The notes under the pieces were generated by a model. That model made no database searches, was not told the DNA's origin, and saw only the letters and a program-made list of their open reading frames with translations. From contig JBFMAD010000004.1 of the NCBI GenBank assembly GCA_040755855.1, positions 128,001 through 192,000 on the forward strand: 64,000 nt of DNA, written 5' to 3'. This DNA comes from Planctomycetota bacterium. Lineage in GTDB: Bacteria; Planctomycetota; Brocadiia; JAADGH01. Each line of letters opens with the position of its first letter. The stretch's first letter is position 1. The position numbers and the translations under genes were made by a program. Below are positions 19,196 to 28,539 of this stretch, piece by piece.

Positions 19196-22100
19196 ATGCG
19201 CATCTCGCGAACCATCACACTGCTTCTCAGTCTCGCGGCATCCGTCGTAGTCCTGCAAGCCCACGCCGCTGATATCTTCACCATTGACTTCGAGCAAGGC
19301 CCAGAATTGGCGAAGTATCAGGAGCGGCTGGACGTCGGGAAGATGCAGGCCACCATCGTCGAGGGAGGACACGACGGCAAAGGGCATTGCCTGAGACTTC
19401 ACAATCCCGAACCGGACACGGCATGTTCCCTCACGGTGAAAGGCCCCATCGAGGTGAAGAAAAACCTCATCCTCTCCTTCCGGCACCGGGAGGAGATCGA
19501 GGCGGGATACGAAGGCGCATACCTCGGCATGAGCTGGTACGTCGGCGACGAGCAGGCCTTCTGGTGCAGCGACAAATTCAGCAACGAGTGGAAACTGGCC
19601 CAGGTCCAGATCGGCGCGCTTAAGGACCATCGGGGGGTGGACATGAAACTGGGACTCATCCTCTCGAGAGTTCAACTCTACGGTCGCGTGAAGGAGAAGA
19701 CCCAGAAGAAGGGCGAGACCAAGGCCCGCATCACCGTCTGGTTCGACGACATCCGCCTCTACACCGGATTCCCCGAGCGGACACTCTCCGAGCGCACGCG
19801 CGAGACCTACTCCAACCCGCCCCTGCTCAACTGGCCGAGGGACAAGGGCGAGAGCAAGCAGAAGGTCCAATACTCCCTCGATCCCACGTTCCCCGACGGA
19901 AAATCCACGACCGTCGAAGCGACATGGAACTTCTACACACCGCCCAAGCCCCTTGAACCGGGCACATGGTACTGGCGCGTATGGAGCGACGGCGAACTCT
20001 ATGAGGGCTGGTCGGAGGTGGAACAAGTTATGGTACCCCCGGATGTCCACAACTTTACGACGGACTCCATTCCTGTTGACAAGCTGCTCAAGACGCCGCG
20101 TCCGCGCCTCCTCCCCGTTGCGATGATTGACCAGCCGGAACTGACGGAGCAGCGAAAGACGCAGTTGAAAGAGAGCGCCAGGAAGCTCCGCGAGTGGCCG
20201 GCGAACAAGTACAGCGCTGTAGGCGGCGACGCCGATGCGCCGGAGCAGGAATACCCCGGCCCGGACGGGAAGCCGATCATCCTTGGACGAACCGGCGTCC
20301 AGGTCCACCCCGGTCCCCATGAGCAGGGTGACAAACGCTGGCCCACATGGATTGACTGGTACGGTCGCGTGGCCGGTCGCATCACCGGCGGCACCGGGCG
20401 GCGCCTGGAAAACATAGGGCGCTACGCCATCCTGACGCAGGATCCGGAGGTGATCCAGTGGGCGAAGGAGATGGCCCTCATGGCCTGCATGTGGGACCCC
20501 GAAGGCGGCAGCAATATGCGACGCGGCGACATCGGCGCGCATCACCTCCTGCGCGGGCTGAATTGGTGCTATGACGCCTGCCGCGACCACATGACCCCCG
20601 CCGAGCGCGAGCTGATGCAGAAGATCATCGTCCAGCGCACCATGCAGTTCTACGACCGACTCAATCCGTTCCGCGGACACGAGGCAAACAACCATGCCTG
20701 GCTCCAGGCCTTCGGCGTGTCCGAGGCGGGCATCGTCCTCCTCGGCGATCACGACCAAGCCGCCGAGTGGATCGAGTACATCCGGCAGCTCTATCTCGGT
20801 CGCTTCCTATGCTGCCTCGGCTACCAGGGCGACAACAACGAGGGCATGTCCTACTGGGCCTACGGCCTCTCATTCATCATTGACTACGCTGATGAACTGC
20901 GGGCGGTAACGGGCATTGACCTCTACAAGCATCCCTGGCTGGCCCAGACGGCGCGGTTCGTCATGTACAATTGTCCGCCGAACGGCTGGTGGGTCTCCTT
21001 CGCCGACAGCGGCATGCCCAACCACGGGGCGAAGAAGGGACCGATCTACCAGCAGCATGTCCGCAACCTCGCCCTGCGCTGCGCCGATCCTTACACCCTC
21101 TGGTATAGCGGCGAACGCGAGACGGTGAACGGCCTCGCGCCCAAGCCGCCGGTGGACCTGCCCCAGTCCATCCACTACCGCCACATCGGGTGGGTGATAT
21201 TCAACACATCGCTCATAGACGGACGCGACGCGGTCACCGTGGCCATGCACAGCGGCAAGTACTATGCCGGCCACCAGCACCCCGACCAGAACAGCTTCGT
21301 CATCAACGCCTATGGCGAGAAGCTGGCCATTGACGGCGGCTACTATGACTGGTACGGCAGCCCGCACTTCAAGGCGTATTCCATGACCACCCTCGCGCAC
21401 AACACGCTCCTCGTGAACGGTGAAGGCCAGGCCCCATGCAAGGAAGGCGCGGATGGGCGAGTCGTAACCTATTTCGATTCGCCTGGTTATGGCTACACCG
21501 TCGGCGACGCCTCCGACCCGGACGTCTACAAAGGATTGCTGAAACAGTTCGACCGGCGGATTCTGTTCATCAAGCCGGGCTTTGTCGTCATCCACGATCT
21601 GGTCGCATCGGCGAAGGACCCGGCGAAGTACGACTGGATGCTCCATGCCATCGTCCCGATTAAGGTGGACGACGCGAAGAAGTCGTTCGACATCGGCTGC
21701 GAGAGCGCGGCGCTGCGCGGACGATTTTTCGCGCCTGCGAATGTCGGCCTGAAGGTGACCACCGGCTTCCCCGTCGAGCCGGTGAACCGCTACAGCACCG
21801 ATCCCGTGCCGAAGGAGAATTACTTCCCCGAATGGCACCTCTACGCCACACCGGAGAAGCCCGCCGTCGAGGATGAGTTCTTCGCAGCCATGCAGGTCCA
21901 GCGCCTCGGCGCCGAGGCCGAGCCGGAGGCGGCGTTCGAGACGGCCCAAGGCGAGAATTGCCACGCCGTGCGAATCCAATGCGGCGACAGGACGCACGTC
22001 ATCCTTCTCCGCAAGCGGGGCGCGGAAGGCCCGATGAAGGCGGACGACCTGGAGTGCGACGGCGAGGCGGCGGCGATCGAGGTGGATGGGGCGGGGACGC

Positions 22101-23002
22101 TCAAGCGCTCGTTCGCGGCGTCCGCGTCTTTCCTTCGCTGGCAGGGCAAGGAGATCGTCGCGGGCGAGAAATCGAATTGGTCTACACTCGACCGGCCGAA
22201 TCTGAAGTCTGAGCCTGTCAGGGGCGCATGGGCAAGCGTGAACGGCAAGAAATCAGAACTTCAGGGCTATCAGATCCGTCTGCCCGACGGGATGCTCCGC
22301 TACTGGTGGGGACGGGTCGAACTGCCGCAGAGCGACCGATACGCCATAGCCTTCGACGGATGGACGGAGAGGCTTCCGCCGTGCCTGAAGATCGGCGATA
22401 AGGAGATCCCTTTCGGGACGGAGGGGAAGGCGACGTTCTGGCTGAAGGAGGGACCCTATCCCATCGAAATCGCAGGCAGAGGGACCTTCACGGGCCTGAC
22501 CCTCGCCGGCGAGGGCGTGAAGCTCGTCCCCGCGAAGATGCTGCCGAAGGAGTTGAAGCCTGCTGAGGGCAGCGTGATCATCGAGGCCGAGAAGCCCTCC
22601 GCCGCGCAGGGGCAGAAATTCCAGGTGATGAAGAAGGTCGCCGCATCCGGCGGCGAGGCCCATTGCTGCTGGGACTCGGAGGGCGACTGGGCGGAGTGGA
22701 CCTTCGAGATTGCGAAAGAAGGCGACTACGAGCTGCTGATCCGCGGCTGCAGCGAGAATGAAATAATCCTCCGCGAGATCGCGCTGGACGGCAAGCCGCT
22801 TTCGCCGGATGTCGGCGTCGTCCGCCTGCAGTCCACGGGCGGCTGGTGTCGAACAGCAGACGACTGGCGCTACTTCGCAGTGGTGGATTCGAAGGGCGGG
22901 ACGGCGCGCATCCATCTCGTCCCCGGCAGGCACACCCTCCGCATGGACCAGCGCGGCGGCTCGATGAACCTGGACCTGCTGGCGTGGCAGGCGTGTAGAT
23001 AG
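19196..23002 (+). CDS. Secreted heparinase II/III-like polysaccharide lyase (DUF4962-type) with terminal CBM-like domains
   Basis: Signal peptide, NPPLLNWP, NNH, EGMSYWAYG, FADSG, GHQHPDQNSF, AIDGGYYD, AHNTLLVNG; C-terminal IEAE...MNLD module. Confidence 0.82.
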   Translation: MRISRTITLLLSLAASVVVLQAHAADIFTIDFEQGPELAKYQERLDVGKMQATIVEGGHDGKGHCLRLHNPEPDTACSLTVKGPIEVKKNLILSFRHREEIEAGYEGAYLGMSWYVGDEQAFWCSDKFSNEWKLAQVQIGALKDHRGVDMKLGLILSRVQLYGRVKEKTQKKGETKARITVWFDDIRLYTGFPERTLSERTRETYSNPPLLNWPRDKGESKQKVQYSLDPTFPDGKSTTVEATWNFYTPPKPLEPGTWYWRVWSDGELYEGWSEVEQVMVPPDVHNFTTDSIPVDKLLKTPRPRLLPVAMIDQPELTEQRKTQLKESARKLREWPANKYSAVGGDADAPEQEYPGPDGKPIILGRTGVQVHPGPHEQGDKRWPTWIDWYGRVAGRITGGTGRRLENIGRYAILTQDPEVIQWAKEMALMACMWDPEGGSNMRRGDIGAHHLLRGLNWCYDACRDHMTPAERELMQKIIVQRTMQFYDRLNPFRGHEANNHAWLQAFGVSEAGIVLLGDHDQAAEWIEYIRQLYLGRFLCCLGYQGDNNEGMSYWAYGLSFIIDYADELRAVTGIDLYKHPWLAQTARFVMYNCPPNGWWVSFADSGMPNHGAKKGPIYQQHVRNLALRCADPYTLWYSGERETVNGLAPKPPVDLPQSIHYRHIGWVIFNTSLIDGRDAVTVAMHSGKYYAGHQHPDQNSFVINAYGEKLAIDGGYYDWYGSPHFKAYSMTTLAHNTLLVNGEGQAPCKEGADGRVVTYFDSPGYGYTVGDASDPDVYKGLLKQFDRRILFIKPGFVVIHDLVASAKDPAKYDWMLHAIVPIKVDDAKKSFDIGCESAALRGRFFAPANVGLKVTTGFPVEPVNRYSTDPVPKENYFPEWHLYATPEKPAVEDEFFAAMQVQRLGAEAEPEAAFETAQGENCHAVRIQCGDRTHVILLRKRGAEGPMKADDLECDGEAAAIEVDGAGTLKRSFAASASFLRWQGKEIVAGEKSNWSTLDRPNLKSEPVRGAWASVNGKKSELQGYQIRLPDGMLRYWWGRVELPQSDRYAIAFDGWTERLPPCLKIGDKEIPFGTEGKATFWLKEGPYPIEIAGRGTFTGLTLAGEGVKLVPAKMLPKELKPAEGSVIIEAEKPSAAQGQKFQVMKKVAASGGEAHCCWDSEGDWAEWTFEIAKEGDYELLIRGCSENEIILREIALDGKPLSPDVGVVRLQSTGGWCRTADDWRYFAVVDSKGGTARIHLVPGRHTLRMDQRGGSMNLDLLAWQACR

Positions 23003-23032
23003 AAGAACCACGCCGATGAGGGAGGTAACAGA

Positions 23033-23806
23033 ATGCTTGACGCCCTGAGGGAAAAGATTGGATTAGCCGAGGCCCAGATGAAGGCCAGGCTTCAGGAGAT
23101 TCGTGCTACATTTGGGCACAGTGGCGACAAAGGAACTTCACTTGAGGGCGTTTTCCGGGAGTTCCTACGCCAATACCTTCCGAGACGATTGGATGTGGGC
23201 CACGGAGAGGTGATTGACTCGAAGGGGCTGAGATCGAGACAGACCGATGTAGTAGTGACGTCCGAGGATCATCCCTTTACGGTTACGCCTGATCTCCCGG
23301 GTCTATTCTTCGTTGAGGGCGTTTGTGCAGCGGGAGAGATCAAAGCCAATCTAACCAGCGAGAATCTCGTCTCAACTCTCGAGAAATCCTGTGCATTCAA
23401 GACGCTTCGGATAGATCCCGGAAAGGGAACGCAGATATTCTCGAATCCCTCGGATCAAGAACGGTTCTACAAGTGTCCGCCGTGGTTTGTCCTGGCATGG
23501 GAGTCGCAACTGGACATAGTGGGCTTGCAGAACAAGGTTGAGGAGTTTGTGGCGCAGAGTGGGACCAACCCCGTGCGTCTCGTCGACGCGGTTTTCGTTC
23601 TGGATCGCGGCTGGGCTATCAACTTCGGGGATGGCGAAGGAGCCTGCAAGTTTGTGGACAGTCAGGGTAAGTCAGTTCCCGGGTGGGTGTGGCAGCATTC
23701 TGATTCGGTTCTGTTCCAATTTCTTTCTTGGTTGACGTGCGTGATGCCAAGAATGGTTCGATTTGAGCCAATTCTTGCCAAGTACCTTGTCTTCGCAATC
23801 AGTTAG
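23033..23806 (+). CDS. DUF6602 / NucC-like PD-(D/E)XK endonuclease
   Basis: HSGDKG..LE..FREFL..YLP..G.VIDS.G..S.QTD-x29-EIK; GGAGG RBS; more AT-rich codon usage than neighbours. Confidence 0.72.
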   Translation: MLDALREKIGLAEAQMKARLQEIRATFGHSGDKGTSLEGVFREFLRQYLPRRLDVGHGEVIDSKGLRSRQTDVVVTSEDHPFTVTPDLPGLFFVEGVCAAGEIKANLTSENLVSTLEKSCAFKTLRIDPGKGTQIFSNPSDQERFYKCPPWFVLAWESQLDIVGLQNKVEEFVAQSGTNPVRLVDAVFVLDRGWAINFGDGEGACKFVDSQGKSVPGWVWQHSDSVLFQFLSWLTCVMPRMVRFEPILAKYLVFAIS

Positions 23807-23824
23807 GTCGCTCGCCCGAACAGC

Positions 23825-23853
23825 TTGACAGGCGACGCGTGGTGGGGTAGAGT
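23825..23853 (+). promoter_or_regulatory. sigma70-like promoter of the TA pair
   Basis: TTGACA-N17-TAGAGT. Confidence 0.5.
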
Positions 23854-23891
23854 ATATTGTGACGAATGCGATTGTTTGGAGATGCCACGGC

Positions 23892-24203
23892 ATGGCACTG
23901 AAACTCCCCATAGACCGCGAGAAGATCGCCGAGTTCTGCCGACGATGGAAGATCGTCGAGTTTGCGCTTTTCGGTTCGGTAGTTCGGGAAGACTTCGGCG
24001 CGGAGAGCGATATTGATGCACTGGTGACCTTTGCCCCCGATGCGCGATGGGGACTGTTCGATGTGGTCCGAATGCAAGAAGCTCTCGAGAAGATTTTGGG
24101 TCGGAAGGTAGATCTGGTGGAGCGCAAGGCCGTTGAGCAAAGTGAAAACTACATCCGCCGCAAACATATATTGAGGGAAGCACAGGTAGTCTATGTGGCG
24201 TGA
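23892..24203 (+). CDS. mntA: Minimal nucleotidyltransferase antitoxin (MntA-like)
   Basis: [17 protein letters not shown] (GS-x10-DxD), LGRKVDLV. Confidence 0.9.
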   Translation: MALKLPIDREKIAEFCRRWKIVEFALFGSVVREDFGAESDIDALVTFAPDARWGLFDVVRMQEALEKILGRKVDLVERKAVEQSENYIRRKHILREAQVVYVA

Positions 24204-24546
24204 TGACGCCTATCTTCTGGACATTCTCATTGCCGCACGCCGAGCGCTGGAGTTCAGCCGAGGATTGACTTGGGAACAATTCGACCAGAGCCATTTGCAT
24301 CAGGCGGCAATTGTGCGGACTCTGGAGATCATTGGTGAGGCAGCCGGCAGGCTGTCAAAGGAAATCAAAGCCGCCCATCCCGAGATTCCGTGGGACGGGA
24401 TGATCGGCATGCGCAATCGCCTGATCCACGAGTATTTCCGAGTGGATCTTGCGAAGGTATGGGATGTCGTTCAGAACGAGGTCCCCGTCTTGATCCGTCT
24501 CATCTCACCCCTCGTCCCGCCGGACGACGAAGTCTCTTCCTCATAA
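24193..24546 (+). CDS. hepT: HEPN/DUF86 ribonuclease toxin (HepT-like)
   Basis: [23 protein letters not shown] (Rx4HxY); overlaps the MNT gene. Confidence 0.92.
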   Translation: MWRDDAYLLDILIAARRALEFSRGLTWEQFDQSHLHQAAIVRTLEIIGEAAGRLSKEIKAAHPEIPWDGMIGMRNRLIHEYFRVDLAKVWDVVQNEVPVLIRLISPLVPPDDEVSSS

Positions 24547-24564
24547 CGCAGGATGGAGAAGCGC

Positions 24565-25542
24565 ATGCCCGCCATGAAACGTCTCGCTAAGCCCGAAGGC
24601 TTCGGCAATGTAATTGTCGAGGAAGTGGACGTCCCGAAGATCGGCGATGGGGAAATCCTCGTCCGCATCCACCGGTCGCTCATCAGCCGAGGCTCGGAGA
24701 TCGGCGGGCGGTATCGAAAGCAAGCGGCCGTTGACGCCAGCCACATGGGATACTCCGCAGCGGGCGTTGTGGAGGAGGTTGGGAAAGGGATTGACGATGT
24801 CGCCGTCGGCGACCGCGTGTCCCTCATCGCGCCCCATGCGGAGTACGGCGTGGGGAAGAAGGAGTGGCGTCCCGGCGAACCCTCCTACGCGAGAATTCCC
24901 GACGCCATGTCCTTCGAGCGCGCCACGTTCATCCCCCTCGCCCGGAGCGCCGTCGGCTGGGCGCGGAGCGCGTTCATCCGGGAGGGCGACACCGTGGCGA
25001 TCCTCGGCCAAGGGCTGGTCGGCGCGCTATGCCTCCAGACGGTCCGCGAGATGAGGCCGGGCAAGGTGATCGGCGTGGATGCCCTCGATCTGCGCTGCGC
25101 CTTGGCGAAGACGCTCGGGGCGGATGTCGCGGTGAATGCATCGAAGGAAGACCCGGTCAAGGCCGTGCGCGACGCCACTAAGGGCCGCGGCGCCGATGTG
25201 GTCATGGACTGCGTCGGCGGGCCGGCGGGGGTTAAGTCCTTCGCCCAGGCGCAGGACATGGCGCGGGGCGGCGGCGTCATCCAGATCGTCGGCCTGTATC
25301 ATGAGCAGCCTCTCCCGCTTGATGCCTCGAAGATCCAGGGCAAGCTGATCGTCGGCGGTATGCGCGACGTGGGACCGCTGGCGGAGCTGATGAAGGTCGC
25401 TATCGGAATGATGACGGACGGGCGGATTCGCGTCGAGGAGATGATCACCCACCGCCTTCGCCTCGACGATGCTCCGCGGGCTTTTGCCATGCTGCATGAT
25501 CGGTTACATGAGGCCATCGGTGTAATACTCGAAAGCGATTGA
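24565..25542 (+). CDS. MDR-family (zinc-binding-type) dehydrogenase
   Basis: SLISRGSE, MGYSAAGVV, ILGQGLVG Rossmann motif, GRGADVVMDCVG. Confidence 0.85.
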   Translation: MPAMKRLAKPEGFGNVIVEEVDVPKIGDGEILVRIHRSLISRGSEIGGRYRKQAAVDASHMGYSAAGVVEEVGKGIDDVAVGDRVSLIAPHAEYGVGKKEWRPGEPSYARIPDAMSFERATFIPLARSAVGWARSAFIREGDTVAILGQGLVGALCLQTVREMRPGKVIGVDALDLRCALAKTLGADVAVNASKEDPVKAVRDATKGRGADVVMDCVGGPAGVKSFAQAQDMARGGGVIQIVGLYHEQPLPLDASKIQGKLIVGGMRDVGPLAELMKVAIGMMTDGRIRVEEMITHRLRLDDAPRAFAMLHDRLHEAIGVILESD

Positions 25543-25544
25543 CT

Positions 25545-26036
25545 ATGGAGACTGCGAACAAGAAACGAGAGGCCATGAAGCTTCTCGGCTGCGTCGTGCT
25601 TTGTCTGTTCGTCGGGTTCATCGGCTCTTGGTTCACCGAGTCGTCGTTGTGGACATGGTATCCGGAATTGAGGAAGCCGTCCTTCACGCCGCCGAGCGAA
25701 ATTTTCGCGCCGGTGTGGACGGCGCTGTACGTCCTCATGGGCGTGTCGCTTTACTTCGTCGCGCGCGGGGGCTTGAAGACCGAGAGCGTGCGCACGGCTG
25801 CCGTGCTATTCGTCATCCAGTTGTCGCTCAACCTCATGTGGTCGCCGGCGTTCTTCGGACTCCGATCGATTTTAGCCGGCCTTATTGTGATCTCGCTGCT
25901 CTGGCCCGCGATCCTGGTCACCATGCTCACCTTTGCGCGGGTCTCATTTCTGGCCGCCGTCCTGCTCTTTCCCTATCTCATCTGGACGGGTTACGCCGTG
26001 GCGCTCAACCTGGCCCTATTCATCCTGAACCGATAG
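25545..26036 (+). CDS. tspO: TspO/MBR family tryptophan-rich sensory protein
   Basis: WYPELRKPSFTPP..IFAPVWTALY, QLSLNLMWSPAFFG, PYLIW..YA..LN. Confidence 0.95.
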   Translation: METANKKREAMKLLGCVVLCLFVGFIGSWFTESSLWTWYPELRKPSFTPPSEIFAPVWTALYVLMGVSLYFVARGGLKTESVRTAAVLFVIQLSLNLMWSPAFFGLRSILAGLIVISLLWPAILVTMLTFARVSFLAAVLLFPYLIWTGYAVALNLALFILNR

Positions 26037-26218
26037 CCAAGTTCTTTGAGGAGGCCCTCTTGAAACCGAAGGCCGACGTGAACGCCTTGCGAGACGCCTA
26101 CAAGGAACTGAACACTAACTATACCAAGAAGGAGAACTGACTCGGGGGCGCGGAGGACTGCAGCCACACCCCTCTTGCCTGTTGCGATGGGCGGTCACGC
26201 CCTCTGCAACACGGTTCC

Positions 26219-26710
26219 TTAATCGTCAATCGAACGGCGTAGCGGGGCCTTCATCGGGCCGGTCTCGGAATAGCCCCGAAGACGAACGAAGAGTATGAAA
26301 CCAATGAGGATCAGGCACCAAATCATATAAATGAGAAGACGATTCCGCGGACGATCAAACCACGGAGTCGGAGGCGGGAGGCGGCTTGGATACTCCTGCC
26401 CCGTTAGGATTCGATCGAACAGCCGCCGATTGGCGCGTTCGAGGTACGGGCGAATGAACACCCGCTTCGGCGCCCAGGGGTTGCCGCAGCGAGGACAACT
26501 GTTGGGCGAGTTCATACCATCGAGATACTCGCTCTTGCACACGGCGCAGATGACGTCCCCACACACGCTGCACACGTGTCCGCAGATATAGGCCGTTGCA
26601 TCTTCCCCGGTGCCATCCCTCAGCCGCGTAACCACACTGGCCCGGACCGGAATCCCAGTGATCTCCGCATGGCACATCGCACAGGTTGTCGTCTCGACCT
26701 CCCCCATCAT
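26219..26710 (-). CDS. Hypothetical Cys-rich (zinc-finger-like) membrane protein
   Basis: CAMC, CSVC, CAVC, CPRC plus C-terminal TM helix; AAGGAG RBS directly after the upstream stop. Confidence 0.65.
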   Translation of the reverse strand: MMGEVETTTCAMCHAEITGIPVRASVVTRLRDGTGEDATAYICGHVCSVCGDVICAVCKSEYLDGMNSPNSCPRCGNPWAPKRVFIRPYLERANRRLFDRILTGQEYPSRLPPPTPWFDRPRNRLLIYMIWCLILIGFILFVRLRGYSETGPMKAPLRRSIDD

Positions 26711-26716
26711 CTCTCC

Positions 26717-27475
26717 TTATTTCGTTTCCACCAGGAGCGCTTTCGCTTTTTCGCCGATAAGGTCCCCCATACGCTCGATGATCTTGCGGCCCATGTCGGC
26801 GGAGGCGTGGGTGAGTGGGTTCTTGCCGCCGATCCCCTCGGGGCCTTTGATGTTCATGTCTGCATCGGGGGAAAGGCCGCGCGAACGGAGCTCGCCGAGG
26901 TCCACCTTGTCAGGATACGCGTATTGCATGCACGATGTCTCCCATGCCCCGGCATGATCCATGCGAAGCGGGATGTCGTTGTTGGGCTGATGCAGCGCCC
27001 CCTCCATGACGGCAAAGCCTCTAACGCCGGTCCCCTCCGTGGCTGCTCGAATGGCGCGGTCAAGAGCGTCGCGCTGCACCGGCACGTCGTGACCGGTGAC
27101 GCCGACGAGGACCTTCCACCCCCCGGCGACGAGCGCCCGCGCCACACCCGTGGCGGCGGCCTCGAACATCTCCTCCGTGTTATGGCCGAGCGTATAGCCC
27201 TGCCAGCCGTCCGGTCCCCATCCCGCCGCGCCGATCCCCTCCGGGTTGAGGTGGAGGCCCAGGTAGAAAGGCGGCAAGACAACGCCCCCATGCTTCAGCG
27301 CCGCCTCGCAGCAGACGGCGTGGGCCTTCAGGCTGTCCGTGCCGAGGGGGTTCTGCACCCCATGCCACTCCAGCGACCCGGCGACGATGTAGGCGATGGG
27401 GCACTCCTCCCGCCGCGCCTTCACCTGCGCTGGCCGCAACAGTTCGTAGCAAACGTCTTCATACTTGGCTAACAC
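26717..27475 (-). CDS. Creatininase family protein
   Basis: GSLEWHG..NPLGTD, TGH, DHAGAWETS. Confidence 0.9.
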   Translation of the reverse strand: MLAKYEDVCYELLRPAQVKARREECPIAYIVAGSLEWHGVQNPLGTDSLKAHAVCCEAALKHGGVVLPPFYLGLHLNPEGIGAAGWGPDGWQGYTLGHNTEEMFEAAATGVARALVAGGWKVLVGVTGHDVPVQRDALDRAIRAATEGTGVRGFAVMEGALHQPNNDIPLRMDHAGAWETSCMQYAYPDKVDLGELRSRGLSPDADMNIKGPEGIGGKNPLTHASADMGRKIIERMGDLIGEKAKALLVETK

Positions 27476-27484
27476 GCGCTCTCC

Positions 27485-28348
27485 TTATGTCAACTGCCAG
27501 TGCTTCATCAGGATCCCATTTGCCTGCCCGAATTCCCCGGCATAGAAGAGCCGCGCGGCCTCCTGATATTCCGCCGTGGTGCGCGGATTGCCCTTGCGGA
27601 GGTCGAGGACGCGGGCCGTGGTGCGCAGCGCCGTGCGCAGGGCGCTCTGCGTCGGGCCGTGGGTGATCGGATCGGCGTCGAACTCCAGGAGTCTGTCCGC
27701 GAACTCGACCATCCGGTCGCGGATCGCGTTGCACACCTTCTCCCCCAGCTCCGGCGAGGCGTGGACGCGCGGGTCCTCGGGACCGGCGGCGATGAGCTTG
27801 ACCCCCAGGTCCTTCGGCAGGTAGTCCATGCAGACGAGATCGCGTCGCAGGTGCCAGTAGATGGATGTCTCCCACTTGCCCGCGTGGTCGCCGGTGTAGT
27901 CCAGGTCGAAGGCCAGTTCATACTCCGCCAGTCCGACGCACCACGCGCCGGTGATCTCCATGGCGTCGGCCGCGGCGTGTTTCACGATGGCCACCTGGTC
28001 GGTGGGGTAGTGGCCCGTCACGGCGATGATGACGCGGAAGCCGACGCGGGCTAACTCCTGCATATACTCTCGATAGAGCTGTCGGCACAGGTCGGGCGAG
28101 AAGTAGAGGTTGCCGAAGTTGAAGCTCATGGGAACTTGCAGGCCCACGTGCAGCGCGGGCAGGACCGCCCCGCCGCCCTTCTCGGCGATTTGCTTGCATA
28201 GCTCGTGGGCCTTGATCGCATCCTGGCCGAAGGTCAGGTGCTCCCCGTGCATCTCCGGCGTACCGATGGGGAGGTAGGCGATGGGCTTTTGGGCCAGCAC
28301 CTTCTTCAGGTCCGTGGGGAACATCTTATCGTATTCGATGGTGGGCAT
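27485..28348 (-). CDS. Creatininase family protein
   Basis: LPIGTPEMHGEHL..GQD, TGHY, DHAGKWETS. Confidence 0.9.
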   Translation of the reverse strand: MPTIEYDKMFPTDLKKVLAQKPIAYLPIGTPEMHGEHLTFGQDAIKAHELCKQIAEKGGGAVLPALHVGLQVPMSFNFGNLYFSPDLCRQLYREYMQELARVGFRVIIAVTGHYPTDQVAIVKHAAADAMEITGAWCVGLAEYELAFDLDYTGDHAGKWETSIYWHLRRDLVCMDYLPKDLGVKLIAAGPEDPRVHASPELGEKVCNAIRDRMVEFADRLLEFDADPITHGPTQSALRTALRTTARVLDLRKGNPRTTAEYQEAARLFYAGEFGQANGILMKHWQLT

Positions 28349-28396
28349 GGTCGAGTCTCCTTGCGTGATTTCGGGAATTCACGATCGAATGGACTC

Positions 28397-28425
28397 AGGA
28401 TAGGACACGGACCGTGGCATGTCAA
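28397..28425 (-). promoter_or_regulatory. sigma70-like promoter of creatininase operon
   Basis: TTGACA-N17-TATCCT. Confidence 0.55.
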
Positions 28426-28539
28426 GTGGGATGGCAGGCAAATATCTTTGCCAAAGGCTATTGCCCCTCCCCCGTCCAGCGTGTATCATTCCTGCCAACG
28501 AATCGTGCGATGACAGAACAAAAAACAAGGAGGGAATCC

